DNA from: an uncultured Muribaculaceae bacterium
Lineage (GTDB): Bacteria > Bacillota_I > Bacilli_A > RF39 > UBA660
Direction of reading: 5' to 3'
Assembly (NCBI GenBank): GCA_964454255.1
Contig: CAYVSY010000002.1
Coordinates: forward strand, 1 to 44,206
DNA: 44,206 nucleotides
Below, piece by piece: positions 11,386-20,711 of the stretch (positions within the stretch are counted from its first letter, which is position 1; every line of letters begins with the position of its first letter). The notes below the pieces were generated by a model. It did not search any database, was not told the origin of the DNA, and saw only the letters and a list, made by a program, of their open reading frames with translations. The position numbers were made by a program, and so were the translations under genes.

Positions 11386-13012
11386 GAGACTGCTGAAAAA
11401 GTATACAAAGATTACTGTAAATAGATATAGTAGTCTTTTAATTTGGTATAATAGACATATAAGGATGATGATATGATATCTTAATTGATAAAAATAATAT
11501 GTGGAAACAATTAAATGATATGATAGATTTTTCATTTATTTACGAAGAATTAAAAAATAAGTATTCTTCTACTATGGGAAGAACTTGTGAAGATATAATA
11601 AGATTGTTTAAATATTTACTTTTAAAATCATATTATAAAATATCAGATAGAGGTTTAGTTGAAAGAACTAAAACTGACTTATTATTTAAATATTTTTTAG
11701 GATATGACCCCGAAGAAATAAAGTTAATTGATCCAAGTTTATTAACTTTTTTTCGTCGTGAAAGATTAAATGATGAAGAAATCAATTTAATGGACAAATT
11801 AATAAATAAAACTGTTGAAAATAGCTTTAGAAAAAGGACTAATTGAAGTAAAAAATAAAATAATAGTAGATTCTACTCATACTAATGCAATATATCATCA
11901 TATATCTCCAAGAGAAGAATTAATTCGACAAGCTAAAGAACTTAGAAAGTCAATTTATAAAATTGATGAAACAATGCATAATAAAATGCCTAAGAAAAAA
12001 GAAGCATCAGGAATACTTGAAGATCAAATTGAATACACAAAAGAATTAATAAAAATAGTAAAAGGAAATAAAAAGATTACAACATTACCAGGAATAAAAG
12101 AACAAGTTGATTATTTAGAAGAAACAATGCTAGATACTGAATACGAAATTGAATATTCAAATGATCAAGATGCAAAAGTTGGACATAAAACAGCTGATAC
12201 ATTATTTTTTGGATATAAAACACATATTGCTATGACACCTGAAAGAATAGTAACTGCTGCTGTTATAACTACAGGAGAAAAACATGATGGCAAGCAATTA
12301 ATTGAATTAATTGAAAAAAGTAAAAATTCAGGAATAGAAGTTGAAGCAGTTATTGGGGATGGAGCATATTCAGAAAAAGACAATTTAGATTATTGTAAAA
12401 ATAATGATATAAAAAACGTAAGCAAATTAAGTAGTATGGTAACTCATGGAAATAGTAAAAGAAATAACGTTTTTGAATATAATAAAGATGCAGGAATGTA
12501 CGTATGTAAAAATGGTAATATGGCAATTCAAAAGATAAATCAGGTAGTAAGAAGAATGGCACTAATGTGGAGTGTTATTATTTTGATGTAGAAAAATGTA
12601 AGCATTGTCCTTTTAAAGATGGTTGCTATAAAGAAGATTCAAAAACTAAAACATATAGTGTTAAAATAAAAAATGAAATTCACACACAATATATGGATTA
12701 TATGAAAACTGATGAATTTAAAAATTTATATAGTGAAAGATATAAAATTGAAGCAAAAAATGCTGAGTTAAAAAACAACTATGATTATGGAAATGCAAAT
12801 GCCTGTGGAAAACTAGGCATTACAATACAAGAGGCAACTACGCTCTTTTTAGCCAATATTAAAAGAATAATCAAATTAGATGAAGAAAAAATAAAAATAT
12901 AGGATAAATAATATCTTATATTACAGTACTTTTTTTAAATCATCAAAAAAACTGATAAAAAGATTATAAATCTCAAATATCAATTTTTATTTGATTACTT
13001 TTTCAGCAGTTC
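11386..13012 (+). mobile_element. IS1182-family (IS5-like) insertion sequence, about 1.63 kb
   Basis: Terminal inverted repeats with a perfect 15-nt core: ACTGCTGAAAAAGTA at 11389..11403 and its reverse complement at 12996..13010. Flanked by 9-bp direct repeats. The internal transposase carries InsH_N-like and C-terminal CxxC/DDE_Tnp_1_6-like motifs. Boundaries are uncertain by 1-3 nt. Confidence 0.8.
11499..12902 (+). pseudogene. IS1182-family DDE transposase, split into three ORFs by two compensating frame changes
   Basis: ORFs 11499..11846 (frame 0), 11815..12591 (frame +1) and 12567..12902 (frame 0). Motifs: LLFKYFLGY, IVDSTHT, AVIGDGAY, CKHCPFKDGC, YKIEAKNAELKNNY. The frame junctions fall in A-rich stretches near 11806..11846 and 12519..12545. 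Confidence 0.75.
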
Positions 13013-13021
13013 TATAGATTC
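13013..13021. repeat. target-site duplication, right copy (TATAGATTC)
   Basis: Identical to 11377..11385. Confidence 0.8.
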
Positions 13022-13057
13022 CTATATTATTTTTAATTATATTAATAAAAAAAGTGG

Positions 13058-13083
13058 TTGACATGCGTAATTTATGATATAAT
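13058..13083 (+). promoter_or_regulatory. putative promoter of the YfcC-like gene
   Basis: TTGACA at 13058..13063 and extended -10 TGaTATAAT at 13075..13083. The spacer is only 14 nt, so the -35 assignment is doubtful. Confidence 0.35.
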
Positions 13084-13102
13084 TGTTGTAGGAGGTATAA
13101 AA

Positions 13103-14512
13103 ATGAAAAAAAGTGGATTATTTAAAATAATCATGGGAGCATTACTTTTAACACTGGTATTAACTTATGTTATTCCTGGTTCAACTGGAACAAGAAGTTT
13201 TTTAGCAACTGGGGATGTGTTTGTTAATTACATTTATTCTTTTTATAATTTTTTTGAAATTTTTGTATTTGTTCTACTTGTTGGTGGATTATATGCTGTT
13301 CTAAATTTAGTTCCAGCATATAAAAAAATATTAGATAAAATAGTTAATAAATATAGGAAAAATTCAAAATATTTTATAATTAGTGTAATAATAATATTTG
13401 CCGTTCTTGCTACTCTAACTGGTATTACTATACCAATGTTTGTTATTATTCCATTTGTAATATCAATTATATTATTATTGGGATATGACAAATTAGTGGC
13501 TATCTCAGCTACAATAGGTGCAACACTTATTGGTTCAATGAGTGCAATATTGGCTACATTTAGATCTTCAGCAGGAGTTCCAGTTACATTTGAAGAATTG
13601 TTATCTTTAGAAAAATTTTCTAATATGTGGGTAAGAATTATTTTGTTTGTTCTAACTGTTGGATTATTAATATTCTTTGTATTAAGACATATTAATAAAA
13701 AAGAAACTAAAAAATATGATTTATCTAATGAGGATACTTTATTAGAAGAAACAAAAGTGGTGAAAAAAAGTCCAGTTTGGCCATTAGTGACTATATTATG
13801 TGTATTAGTTGGATTTATGATTTTAGGATATTTTCCATTTGAACAATTATTTGGTTGGACAATATGGAATGATATTCATACATGGATTACTAGTCTAAAA
13901 ATTGGTGAATTCTCATTGTGGAATAATATTGTTTCAGCAAGATTTCCTTCATTTGGTAATTGGTCAACATTAGGAAGTTACATGATGCTTGATGCAATGA
14001 TTGTTATTTCAATTGTGTTAATTAAATTTATTTATAAAATTAAGTGGTCTAATATAATGGAAATTGTGTTAAATGGAATGAAAAAAATTCTTCCTACAGC
14101 ATTACTTTCTGTATTAGCTTATACAGTATTAATTTGTTCATATACAAATGGATTTATGTATACACTAACAAATACTGTTAATGAATGGACAAAAGGTTTT
14201 AATACTGTTACTGGTTCTATAATGACAATGTTTGATAGTGCATTCTATATAGATATATATTATGTCGTAGGTGGTGGATTTTCAGGAATAATTAATTTAG
14301 TTGAAGATACTAGCACATTACCAGTTTTATCAATAATGTTCTCAAGTTTATATTATTTAGTTATGTTGTTTGCTCCAACAAGTATATTATTAATACTTGG
14401 ATTATCATATCTAAATGTTCCATATAAAACTTGGTTAAAATACATTTGGCGTTTACTATTATGTTTATTCTTAGTAGTATTTGCTGTAATGTCAATAATG
14501 TTATTAATATAA
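13103..14512 (+). CDS. YfcC/DcuC-like polytopic membrane transporter
   Basis: GGAGG RBS precedes the ATG at 13103, which follows the track start. About 12 hydrophobic segments. LLVGGLYAVL, PFVISIILLLGYD, and spacing typical of the YfcC family. Confidence 0.6.
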   Translation: MKKSGLFKIIMGALLLTLVLTYVIPGSTGTRSFLATGDVFVNYIYSFYNFFEIFVFVLLVGGLYAVLNLVPAYKKILDKIVNKYRKNSKYFIISVIIIFAVLATLTGITIPMFVIIPFVISIILLLGYDKLVAISATIGATLIGSMSAILATFRSSAGVPVTFEELLSLEKFSNMWVRIILFVLTVGLLIFFVLRHINKKETKKYDLSNEDTLLEETKVVKKSPVWPLVTILCVLVGFMILGYFPFEQLFGWTIWNDIHTWITSLKIGEFSLWNNIVSARFPSFGNWSTLGSYMMLDAMIVISIVLIKFIYKIKWSNIMEIVLNGMKKILPTALLSVLAYTVLICSYTNGFMYTLTNTVNEWTKGFNTVTGSIMTMFDSAFYIDIYYVVGGGFSGIINLVEDTSTLPVLSIMFSSLYYLVMLFAPTSILLILGLSYLNVPYKTWLKYIWRLLLCLFLVVFAVMSIMLLI

Positions 14513-14516
14513 AATT

Positions 14517-14542
14517 AGCTTTCTTTAAATGAAAGCTTTTTT
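14517..14542 (+). terminator. intrinsic terminator
   Basis: AGCTTTC-tttaaat-GAAAGCT (perfect 7-bp stem) followed by TTTTT. Confidence 0.75.
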
Positions 14543-14609
14543 AGTGTCAAATTTTTTTATTATCTTGTTTTAATAAATTAAATATAATATAATGAGAGTG
14601 GGTGATTTT

Positions 14610-16199
14610 ATGTTAAGATTAACATTATCTTTATTATCTTATTATTTATATGTAGTTGTGAAATACAGAAGATCTTTATATATGCTTCAACAAAATTCAT
14701 ACAATACAAGTAATAGATATATAAAATGGGTATTTAAAAATTATAATCAATCTATTATTACTGAAGACTTTTTGTTTTTAGTATTATTTGGTTTATATTT
14801 TGTTGTTCCTCTTAATTTATATTATTTATTAATTATTTTATTTTATGGTTTTTTGTTTTTCTTAGAATTAAAAAAAGTAAAAACTGATCAAAATAAAAAA
14901 CCATTTGTTTTAACTAGTAGAATAAAAAGATTAATTATAACTTTAATTTTATTATTTATCTTTGTATATGAGTATGTATTTATCTATTTAATTGATGGTC
15001 CTGCTATATATTGTTATATGGTATTTGCAATATTTTCGTATCTTTGTTATTTCATTACTTTTATAGCTAACATTATTAATAAACCAATTGAATTTCTTGT
15101 TTTTAAGTATTATGAAAATAAAGCTATTAAAAAATTAAAACAAATGTCTTCTTTAATAAAAATAGGTATTACTGGTAGTTATGGTAAAACAAGTAGTAAA
15201 AATGTCCTAAATGAAATATTAAATAAAAAATATACATCATTTGCATCTCCTAAAAGTTTTAATACGACATACGGTTTAATTAATGCTACTAATAATTATT
15301 TAGATAAATTTGATAACGTATATATTGCGGAAATGGGAGCTTGTAAAATAGGCGATATTAATGAATTATGTAATTTAATTAAACCTAAATATGGGATTAT
15401 TACAAAAATTGGTCCAGCTCATTTGGAAACTTTTAAAACAATAGAAAATATTGTAAAAACAAAATTTGAACTTATCGAATCTTTACCTAGCGATGGAATA
15501 GCTGTTTTAAATAGTGATGATTCTTATCAAATAAATTATGAAATCAAAAATAATTGTGAAAAAATATGGATTGGAATTAAAAATAAGGCTGATGTTATGG
15601 CTAAAAATATTTCTATGTCTAATACAGGAATGTCTTTTGATGTTTATTTTAAAGATAATGATGATGTTATTAATTTAAAAACAAATCTTCTTGGTAGATC
15701 TAATATTTATAATATTCTCAGTTCAATTGCGATTGCGATTAGACTTGAAATTAATTATGAAGATATTGTTAAAGCTATATCCTTATTAAAACCGGTAGAA
15801 CATAGACTAGAATTAAAGAAACTTGGCGATGTTACAATTATTGATGATGCTTTTAATTCTAATCCTGATGGGTCTAAAATGGCTTTAGAAGTTCTTGCTT
15901 TAATGGAAGGTAAAAAAATAATTGTAACACCTGGCATGATTGAACTTGGTGACAAGCAATATGAATTAAATAAAAAATTTGGTGAATATATTAGTGAAGT
16001 AGCTGATGAAGTTATATTAATTGGTGAAAAGCAAACTCAACCAATATTAGATGGGCTAAATGAAAAGCATTATGATAAAGATCATATTTATATATTAAAT
16101 GATGTTAAAAAAGCTTTTTCTTTAATTAATGAAATAAAAGATAAAAATACATATGTCTTACTTGAAAATGATTTGCCAGATATTTTTTCGGAAAGGTAG
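14610..16199 (+). CDS. murF: UDP-MurNAc-tripeptide--D-Ala-D-Ala ligase (MurF) with polytopic membrane N-terminal region
   Basis: ITGSYGKTSSK, AEMGACKIGDINEL, GPAHLE, LNSDD, EHRLE, IDDAFNSNPDGS, MIELGD. The first ~165 residues are four or five hydrophobic helices instead of the usual Mur N-domain. Confidence 0.75.
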   Translation: MLRLTLSLLSYYLYVVVKYRRSLYMLQQNSYNTSNRYIKWVFKNYNQSIITEDFLFLVLFGLYFVVPLNLYYLLIILFYGFLFFLELKKVKTDQNKKPFVLTSRIKRLIITLILLFIFVYEYVFIYLIDGPAIYCYMVFAIFSYLCYFITFIANIINKPIEFLVFKYYENKAIKKLKQMSSLIKIGITGSYGKTSSKNVLNEILNKKYTSFASPKSFNTTYGLINATNNYLDKFDNVYIAEMGACKIGDINELCNLIKPKYGIITKIGPAHLETFKTIENIVKTKFELIESLPSDGIAVLNSDDSYQINYEIKNNCEKIWIGIKNKADVMAKNISMSNTGMSFDVYFKDNDDVINLKTNLLGRSNIYNILSSIAIAIRLEINYEDIVKAISLLKPVEHRLELKKLGDVTIIDDAFNSNPDGSKMALEVLALMEGKKIIVTPGMIELGDKQYELNKKFGEYISEVADEVILIGEKQTQPILDGLNEKHYDKDHIYILNDVKKAFSLINEIKDKNTYVLLENDLPDIFSER

Positions 16200-16204
16200 A
16201 TAAT

Positions 16205-17557
16205 ATGATTAAAATTGATTCTAAAAAAATTAAAAAAGGTGATACATTTCTGGCTATTCGCGCTGTTAATACTGATGGTCATGATTATATTGAAAGTGCT
16301 ATTTTAAATGGAGCTACAAAGATTATTGCTGAACGCGGTTCATATTCTGTTGAAACAGAAATTGTTCCTAATACTAGAGAATATTTGGCTAACTATTTAA
16401 AAAATAAATATTCATCTAATTTGTCTAAAATTAAATTAATTGGAATTACAGGAACTAATGGTAAAACAACTTCAGCTTATATGGCGTATTGTTTATTAAA
16501 CAAAATGGGATTAAAAACAGCTTATATAGGCACAATTGGTTTTTATTTAAATGATGAAGTAGAAACTTTAAAAAATACAACACCTGAATTAATGGATTTA
16601 TACGAAATGTTTGATAAATGTATTCAATCAAATGTAAAAGTTATTATTATGGAAGTAAGTAGTCATTCATTAGAAATTGGAAGAGTTATGGGGCTTGAAT
16701 TTGATATGGTTGCGTGGACTAATCTAACTCAAGATCATTTGGATGTTCATGAGACTTTAGAGAATTATCGAAATGCTAAAGTTAAATTGTTTAAAATGCT
16801 TAAAAATAATAAAATAGCTATTATCAACAATGATGATGAATCAAATAAGTGTTTTAAATTAGATAATAATAAAAATATTACTTATGGAATGAATGAAAGT
16901 AATTATCAAATATTAAATTATAATTTATATCTTGATAGTTTATTCTTTATTTTAAAATATGAAAATAAAGAATATAATATTGAACTTAATTTATCTGGGA
17001 AATATAATATTTATAATTATGTAGTATGCTTAATTATAGTTCATAAATTAGGTTATTCAATTGAAGATATTATAAAAGAATCGGTTAATATTGAATCACC
17101 AAAAGGTCGATTTGATATGGTTAAATACAATGATTCTTCAATAATAATAGACTATGCTCATACTCCAGATGCTGTTCAAAATATTTTAAAAAGTGTTAAT
17201 GAATATAGAACAGGCAAAATATTTACAATAATTGGTTGTGGTGGAAATAGAGATAAAACAAAAAGACCAATAATGGGTGAAATTGCGACAAAGTTATCAA
17301 ATTATGTTATATTTACTAACGATAATCCTAGAAATGAAAATGAAAGTGAAATAATTAATGATATTATTAAAGATTTAAAAAATAATAATTATGAAGTTTT
17401 ACATGATAGAGTAGAAGCAATTAAGAAAGGCATTTCATTATTAAACAAAAATGATATTTTACTTATTTTAGGTAAAGGTCATGAAAACTATCAAATATTA
17501 AATGATAAAACAATTCATCATGATGATAAAGAATGTGTTTTAAATTATATACATTAA
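16205..17557 (+). CDS. murE: UDP-MurNAc-L-Ala-D-Glu--2,6-diaminopimelate ligase (MurE)
   Basis: ITGTNGKTT, MEVSSHSL, TNLTQDHLD, DYAHTPDA, GCGGNRD, and a DNPR motif (TNDNPRNE) typical of meso-DAP-adding MurE. Confidence 0.9.
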   Translation: MIKIDSKKIKKGDTFLAIRAVNTDGHDYIESAILNGATKIIAERGSYSVETEIVPNTREYLANYLKNKYSSNLSKIKLIGITGTNGKTTSAYMAYCLLNKMGLKTAYIGTIGFYLNDEVETLKNTTPELMDLYEMFDKCIQSNVKVIIMEVSSHSLEIGRVMGLEFDMVAWTNLTQDHLDVHETLENYRNAKVKLFKMLKNNKIAIINNDDESNKCFKLDNNKNITYGMNESNYQILNYNLYLDSLFFILKYENKEYNIELNLSGKYNIYNYVVCLIIVHKLGYSIEDIIKESVNIESPKGRFDMVKYNDSSIIIDYAHTPDAVQNILKSVNEYRTGKIFTIIGCGGNRDKTKRPIMGEIATKLSNYVIFTNDNPRNENESEIINDIIKDLKNNNYEVLHDRVEAIKKGISLLNKNDILLILGKGHENYQILNDKTIHHDDKECVLNYIH

Positions 17558-17613
17558 ATTATTTAAGAGACTAAAAAACAATTAATTATGATGTATAAGA
17601 TTAAAATTTATAT

Positions 17614-17655
17614 AAAAAAGTGATTCAAAATATATAATTAATGGATCACTTTTTA
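17614..17655. terminator. bidirectional hairpin between convergent murE and the S24 repressor gene
   Basis: AAAAAGTGATTC ... GGATCACTTTTT: a 7-bp stem with one mismatch and a 16-nt loop, with A/T runs on both sides. It overlaps the TGA of the minus-strand gene. Confidence 0.45.
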
Positions 17656-18314
17656 ATTTCTCTATATATTGATGTTACTTTACCTAATATCATATCGTTA
17701 GAAACTATGTTAATATTAATGGTTGGATATTTAGAATTCATTGATTGAAGAATAATTCCTTTTGGATATTTGTATAATCTTCTAACTGACAATATATTAC
17801 TTTTTGTTGCGATGACAATATCATCCCCATTATTATAATTTATTTCTTTTTTAAAATATATTTTATCTCCTTTTTCATAGTATGGTCCCATAGAATCATC
17901 TAATATTTTGATTGACAATTCACTTCTATTAATAGTTGGTTCAAAAGAAGCATTTTGATAAGTATTAATGATTTTTTCAGCAAATGGAGTTAAATTCTTA
18001 TCTTTTCTTAAATTACTTACATAGTCTTTAACTAATTTTTTTTCATATTTTTCTTTTGTTTCAGTTGAAAGTGAAATATTATCTATATTAATATTATCTA
18101 TATTAAATATTTCACATATTTCAAAAAACACATCATAAGGAATATTTAAACTACCGGTTTCATATTTGTGTAATGTTTGTCTGTTTTTTTTATAATTTAG
18201 AGCTTTTGCTAAATCTTCTAATGAATAATTAAATTTTTCTCTAGCTTCTTTTAATGTTTTTGAAACTAGTGGTTTTAATTCATCACTTATTAATTCTTGT
18301 TTTCTTGTTCTCAT
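17646..18314 (-). CDS. XRE-family HTH / S24 peptidase-like (LexA/CI-type) transcriptional repressor
   Basis: N-terminal HTH (LKEAREKFNYSLEDLAKALNYKKNRQTLHKYETG). C-terminal DDSMGP...GDKIYF...GDDIVIA...SVRRLY...ILGKV matches the S24 fold. GGAGGA RBS lies inside the pnuC 3' end. Confidence 0.75.
   Translation of the reverse strand: MRTRKQELISDELKPLVSKTLKEAREKFNYSLEDLAKALNYKKNRQTLHKYETGSLNIPYDVFFEICEIFNIDNINIDNISLSTETKEKYEKKLVKDYVSNLRKDKNLTPFAEKIINTYQNASFEPTINRSELSIKILDDSMGPYYEKGDKIYFKKEINYNNGDDIVIATKSNILSVRRLYKYPKGIILQSMNSKYPTININIVSNDMILGKVTSIYREIKK
18076..18105. repeat. perfect 15-bp tandem duplication (ATATTATCTATATTA x2) inside the repressor gene
   Basis: Read directly from the sequence. 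It encodes NIDNI-NIDNI in the linker between the HTH and S24 domains. Confidence 0.9.
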
Positions 18315-18315
18315 A

Positions 18316-18957
18316 TTATTTCCTCCATTTTACTGTTCCATATATTGAATTTATAGAATATACTATCCACATAATAAGTATATTAATGTTCATTGTATTT
18401 CTTTGAACTAATATTATCCAAAATATAACATTGGCAATATTACAGACATTCCATATTAGCCATTGTTCTTTATATTTTTTTGTCATGAGATATATTCCTA
18501 ATATTCCTAATATACTAGTTATATAATCAAAATATTGAATATTTTTCTCTTGACTTATTATTATGAATACAATTATGATAGCCATTACAAATGTAAATAA
18601 GTATAATCCTATTTTAATTATTTTGGAAAGTTCAAATGTTTTTGTTTCTCTTATTTTCTTCCAATTACGATAACCATATATCATTAGTGGTGCGCTATAT
18701 AATGCATTATATACAACATTAAAATAAAGTTTTTGGGTATACATTATGTAGGCATATAATAAAACATTGATTATTCCAAATATATATGCTTCTTTTTTCA
18801 TTTTGCCAATTAAAAATACATATATAACACCGGCAATACTGGTTATTATGGAAAGTAATTCGGTATCACAAATAACACTTGATATTGTGATGGTCAATAT
18901 TCCTAAAGTAATAAATATAATTTCATAAATATTAAATTTGCTTTTAATTTTAGTCAT
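18316..18957 (-). CDS. pnuC: nicotinamide riboside transporter PnuC
   Basis: IAGVIYVFLIGKMKKEAYIFGIINVLLY...YGYRNW and LMTKKYKEQWLIWNVCNIANVIFW align with PnuC signatures. The ATG at 18957 overlaps the upstream stop (ATGACTAA). Confidence 0.8.
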   Translation of the reverse strand: MTKIKSKFNIYEIIFITLGILTITISSVICDTELLSIITSIAGVIYVFLIGKMKKEAYIFGIINVLLYAYIMYTQKLYFNVVYNALYSAPLMIYGYRNWKKIRETKTFELSKIIKIGLYLFTFVMAIIIVFIIISQEKNIQYFDYITSILGILGIYLMTKKYKEQWLIWNVCNIANVIFWIILVQRNTMNINILIMWIVYSINSIYGTVKWRK

Positions 18958-19609
18958 ATTTATTCCCTCTATATATAACAATTGTGCCAATAATACCAGT
19001 AATGTATTTAATAATTATTCTTATGGCGATACTATTAATAATAACTTTTAAATTTAGTGTTCCGCCAAAGGCTATTACTATGAAAATGATTGTATCAAAA
19101 AATTGAGTAATTAACATTGCAACTGTATTATTTACAAATATTTTATTATTATCCATTCTTAATTTTCTATATATAGTAGTGTTAATATATATTGATATAA
19201 TAAAGGTAATTATACTGGCAATAAATATTCTTATATTACTTGCGAATAATATATTAAATGATATATTAGTATCTATATTAATAAAACTAGAATTAAATAA
19301 AGTAAATACAGTAATAATTAAAACTGATATTATTGATGCTATAATTGTTGAAATTACAATTTTTTTTATGCTTTCAGTGCCATACTTTTGAATAATTAAA
19401 TTCATGGCAATAAAAATTCCAACATATAATATTGATCCTAAAGCAACATCTATTTCTAAAATGTTAGTGGTTTTTAATGCCATAATGTTGGTTAATATAA
19501 TGGAAGATATTATCCAAAAATAAAGTCCATCTTTTTTATATTTTTTAAATAACAGTAATATTCCTGATGACATCAATAGTATTTCTAAAATTAATAATAT
19601 TATATTCAT
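18950..19609 (-). CDS. VUT-family (YhhQ-like) queuosine-precursor transporter
   Basis: IRIFIASIITFIISIYINTTIYRKLR...VNNTVAMLITQFFDTIIFIVIAF corresponds to the YhhQ/DUF165 core. Confidence 0.7.
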   Translation of the reverse strand: MNIILLILEILLMSSGILLLFKKYKKDGLYFWIISSIILTNIMALKTTNILEIDVALGSILYVGIFIAMNLIIQKYGTESIKKIVISTIIASIISVLIITVFTLFNSSFINIDTNISFNILFASNIRIFIASIITFIISIYINTTIYRKLRMDNNKIFVNNTVAMLITQFFDTIIFIVIAFGGTLNLKVIINSIAIRIIIKYITGIIGTIVIYRGNKYD

Positions 19610-20280
19610 TCTTTCACCTTCTTTTTTACTGTGAGATATGACATAAAAAGAGTGCCAATCATTGATATTATTAACTTTAAAAAATAATTAGTAAATATAA
19701 TGATTATTATTGTTTTAATATCAATGTTATTTATTAATGAGAATGATATTAATATTGTATCAATAAGTCCTAATAAGATTAAAGTCATCATATTTGATAT
19801 TATTAAAGATTTATATTCTTTTTTTAACAATTCATATGATTTTATAGAAAAATATAATGACAAATATAATATTATAGGGTAACTTAAGTATAAAATATAA
19901 TTTTTAATAAATACATTATATAAATTAATTGAAATATTATCATTCATAGATGGGGAGTAGCTTATAGATATAAATAAAAAAATAGTTGTCATTATTGAAC
20001 TTATTAGAGATATTACGCATCCCTTTTTGGCGTCTTTTATACTATAATTTTCTATTAAAAGAAAAACAGATATAAAAATCGTTATATATATTGGAATTGA
20101 CGCTATCATTGGATAATTAAAAATATTAATTATTTTAAATGAAGATATATATGAAATAATACTAGCAATGATTATCCATAAATAAAGACCTTCTTTATTT
20201 AAAAATTTATTAAATAAATATAAACTACTAAATGAAATAATAATTATCAAAATAAACAATAATGCGTTCATTGTTTTCAC
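19606..20280 (-). CDS. divergent VUT-family (YhhQ-like) membrane protein, tandem paralog
   Basis: Same length and topology as its neighbour. A weaker core (SIKSYELLKKEYKSLIISNMMTLILLGLIDTILISF). 4-nt overlap with the downstream gene. Confidence 0.5.
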   Translation of the reverse strand: MKTMNALLFILIIIISFSSLYLFNKFLNKEGLYLWIIIASIISYISSFKIINIFNYPMIASIPIYITIFISVFLLIENYSIKDAKKGCVISLISSIMTTIFLFISISYSPSMNDNISINLYNVFIKNYILYLSYPIILYLSLYFSIKSYELLKKEYKSLIISNMMTLILLGLIDTILISFSLINNIDIKTIIIIIFTNYFLKLIISMIGTLFMSYLTVKKKVKE

Positions 20281-20329
20281 CTTCTTATTCTAGTATTAAT
20301 ATTATATCATAAAATTTTAAGATACAAAT

Positions 20330-20361
20330 AAAAAAGCAACATTTTATATTAAAAATGTTAC
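20330..20361 (-). terminator. intrinsic terminator after the small membrane protein gene
   Basis: On the minus strand: AACATTTT-taatat-AAAATGTT (8-bp stem) followed by GC and TTTTTT. Confidence 0.6.
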
Positions 20362-20364
20362 TTT

Positions 20365-20709
20365 TTATCGCTTTATGTAATTTTCTACGGGAACTTCTAT
20401 AATGTTTTTTAATGACTTTGGAGTATAATTAATTATATTTTGTTTTTTCATAATTTCATATATAGTTGGTGCTCCTATAAAACTAAACAAACTTACCCAA
20501 ATAGCTGTTGTAATGTCAATTTTATAAAAAGTTAAAACAAAAGGAATACCTAAACTAAATGATAAAATTAAATTAACCAATAAAATTTGAAAATCATTTT
20601 TTAATATTTTGGTATTTTTTATTTTTTGAATAGATGCCATTACAATAATACTTAAGGTTACGGATATTGTTAAGGTAGTTATTAAGAGATCACTTACTAA
20701 TATGTCCAT
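20365..20709 (-). CDS. small three-TM membrane protein (holin-like; function unknown)
   Basis: 114 aa with three hydrophobic helices and a charged C-terminal tail. No motif I can name. Confidence 0.45.
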   Translation of the reverse strand: MDILVSDLLITTLTISVTLSIIVMASIQKIKNTKILKNDFQILLVNLILSFSLGIPFVLTFYKIDITTAIWVSLFSFIGAPTIYEIMKKQNIINYTPKSLKNIIEVPVENYIKR

Positions 20710-20711
20710 TT

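Noticed and set aside
20281-20364. Possible preQ1 or other riboswitch upstream of the VUT/YhhQ-like transporter genes.
   Set aside because: The 84-nt spacer is taken up by a terminator hairpin, an extended -10 (TGATATAAT) and the RBS. I see no preQ1-type conserved loop sequence.
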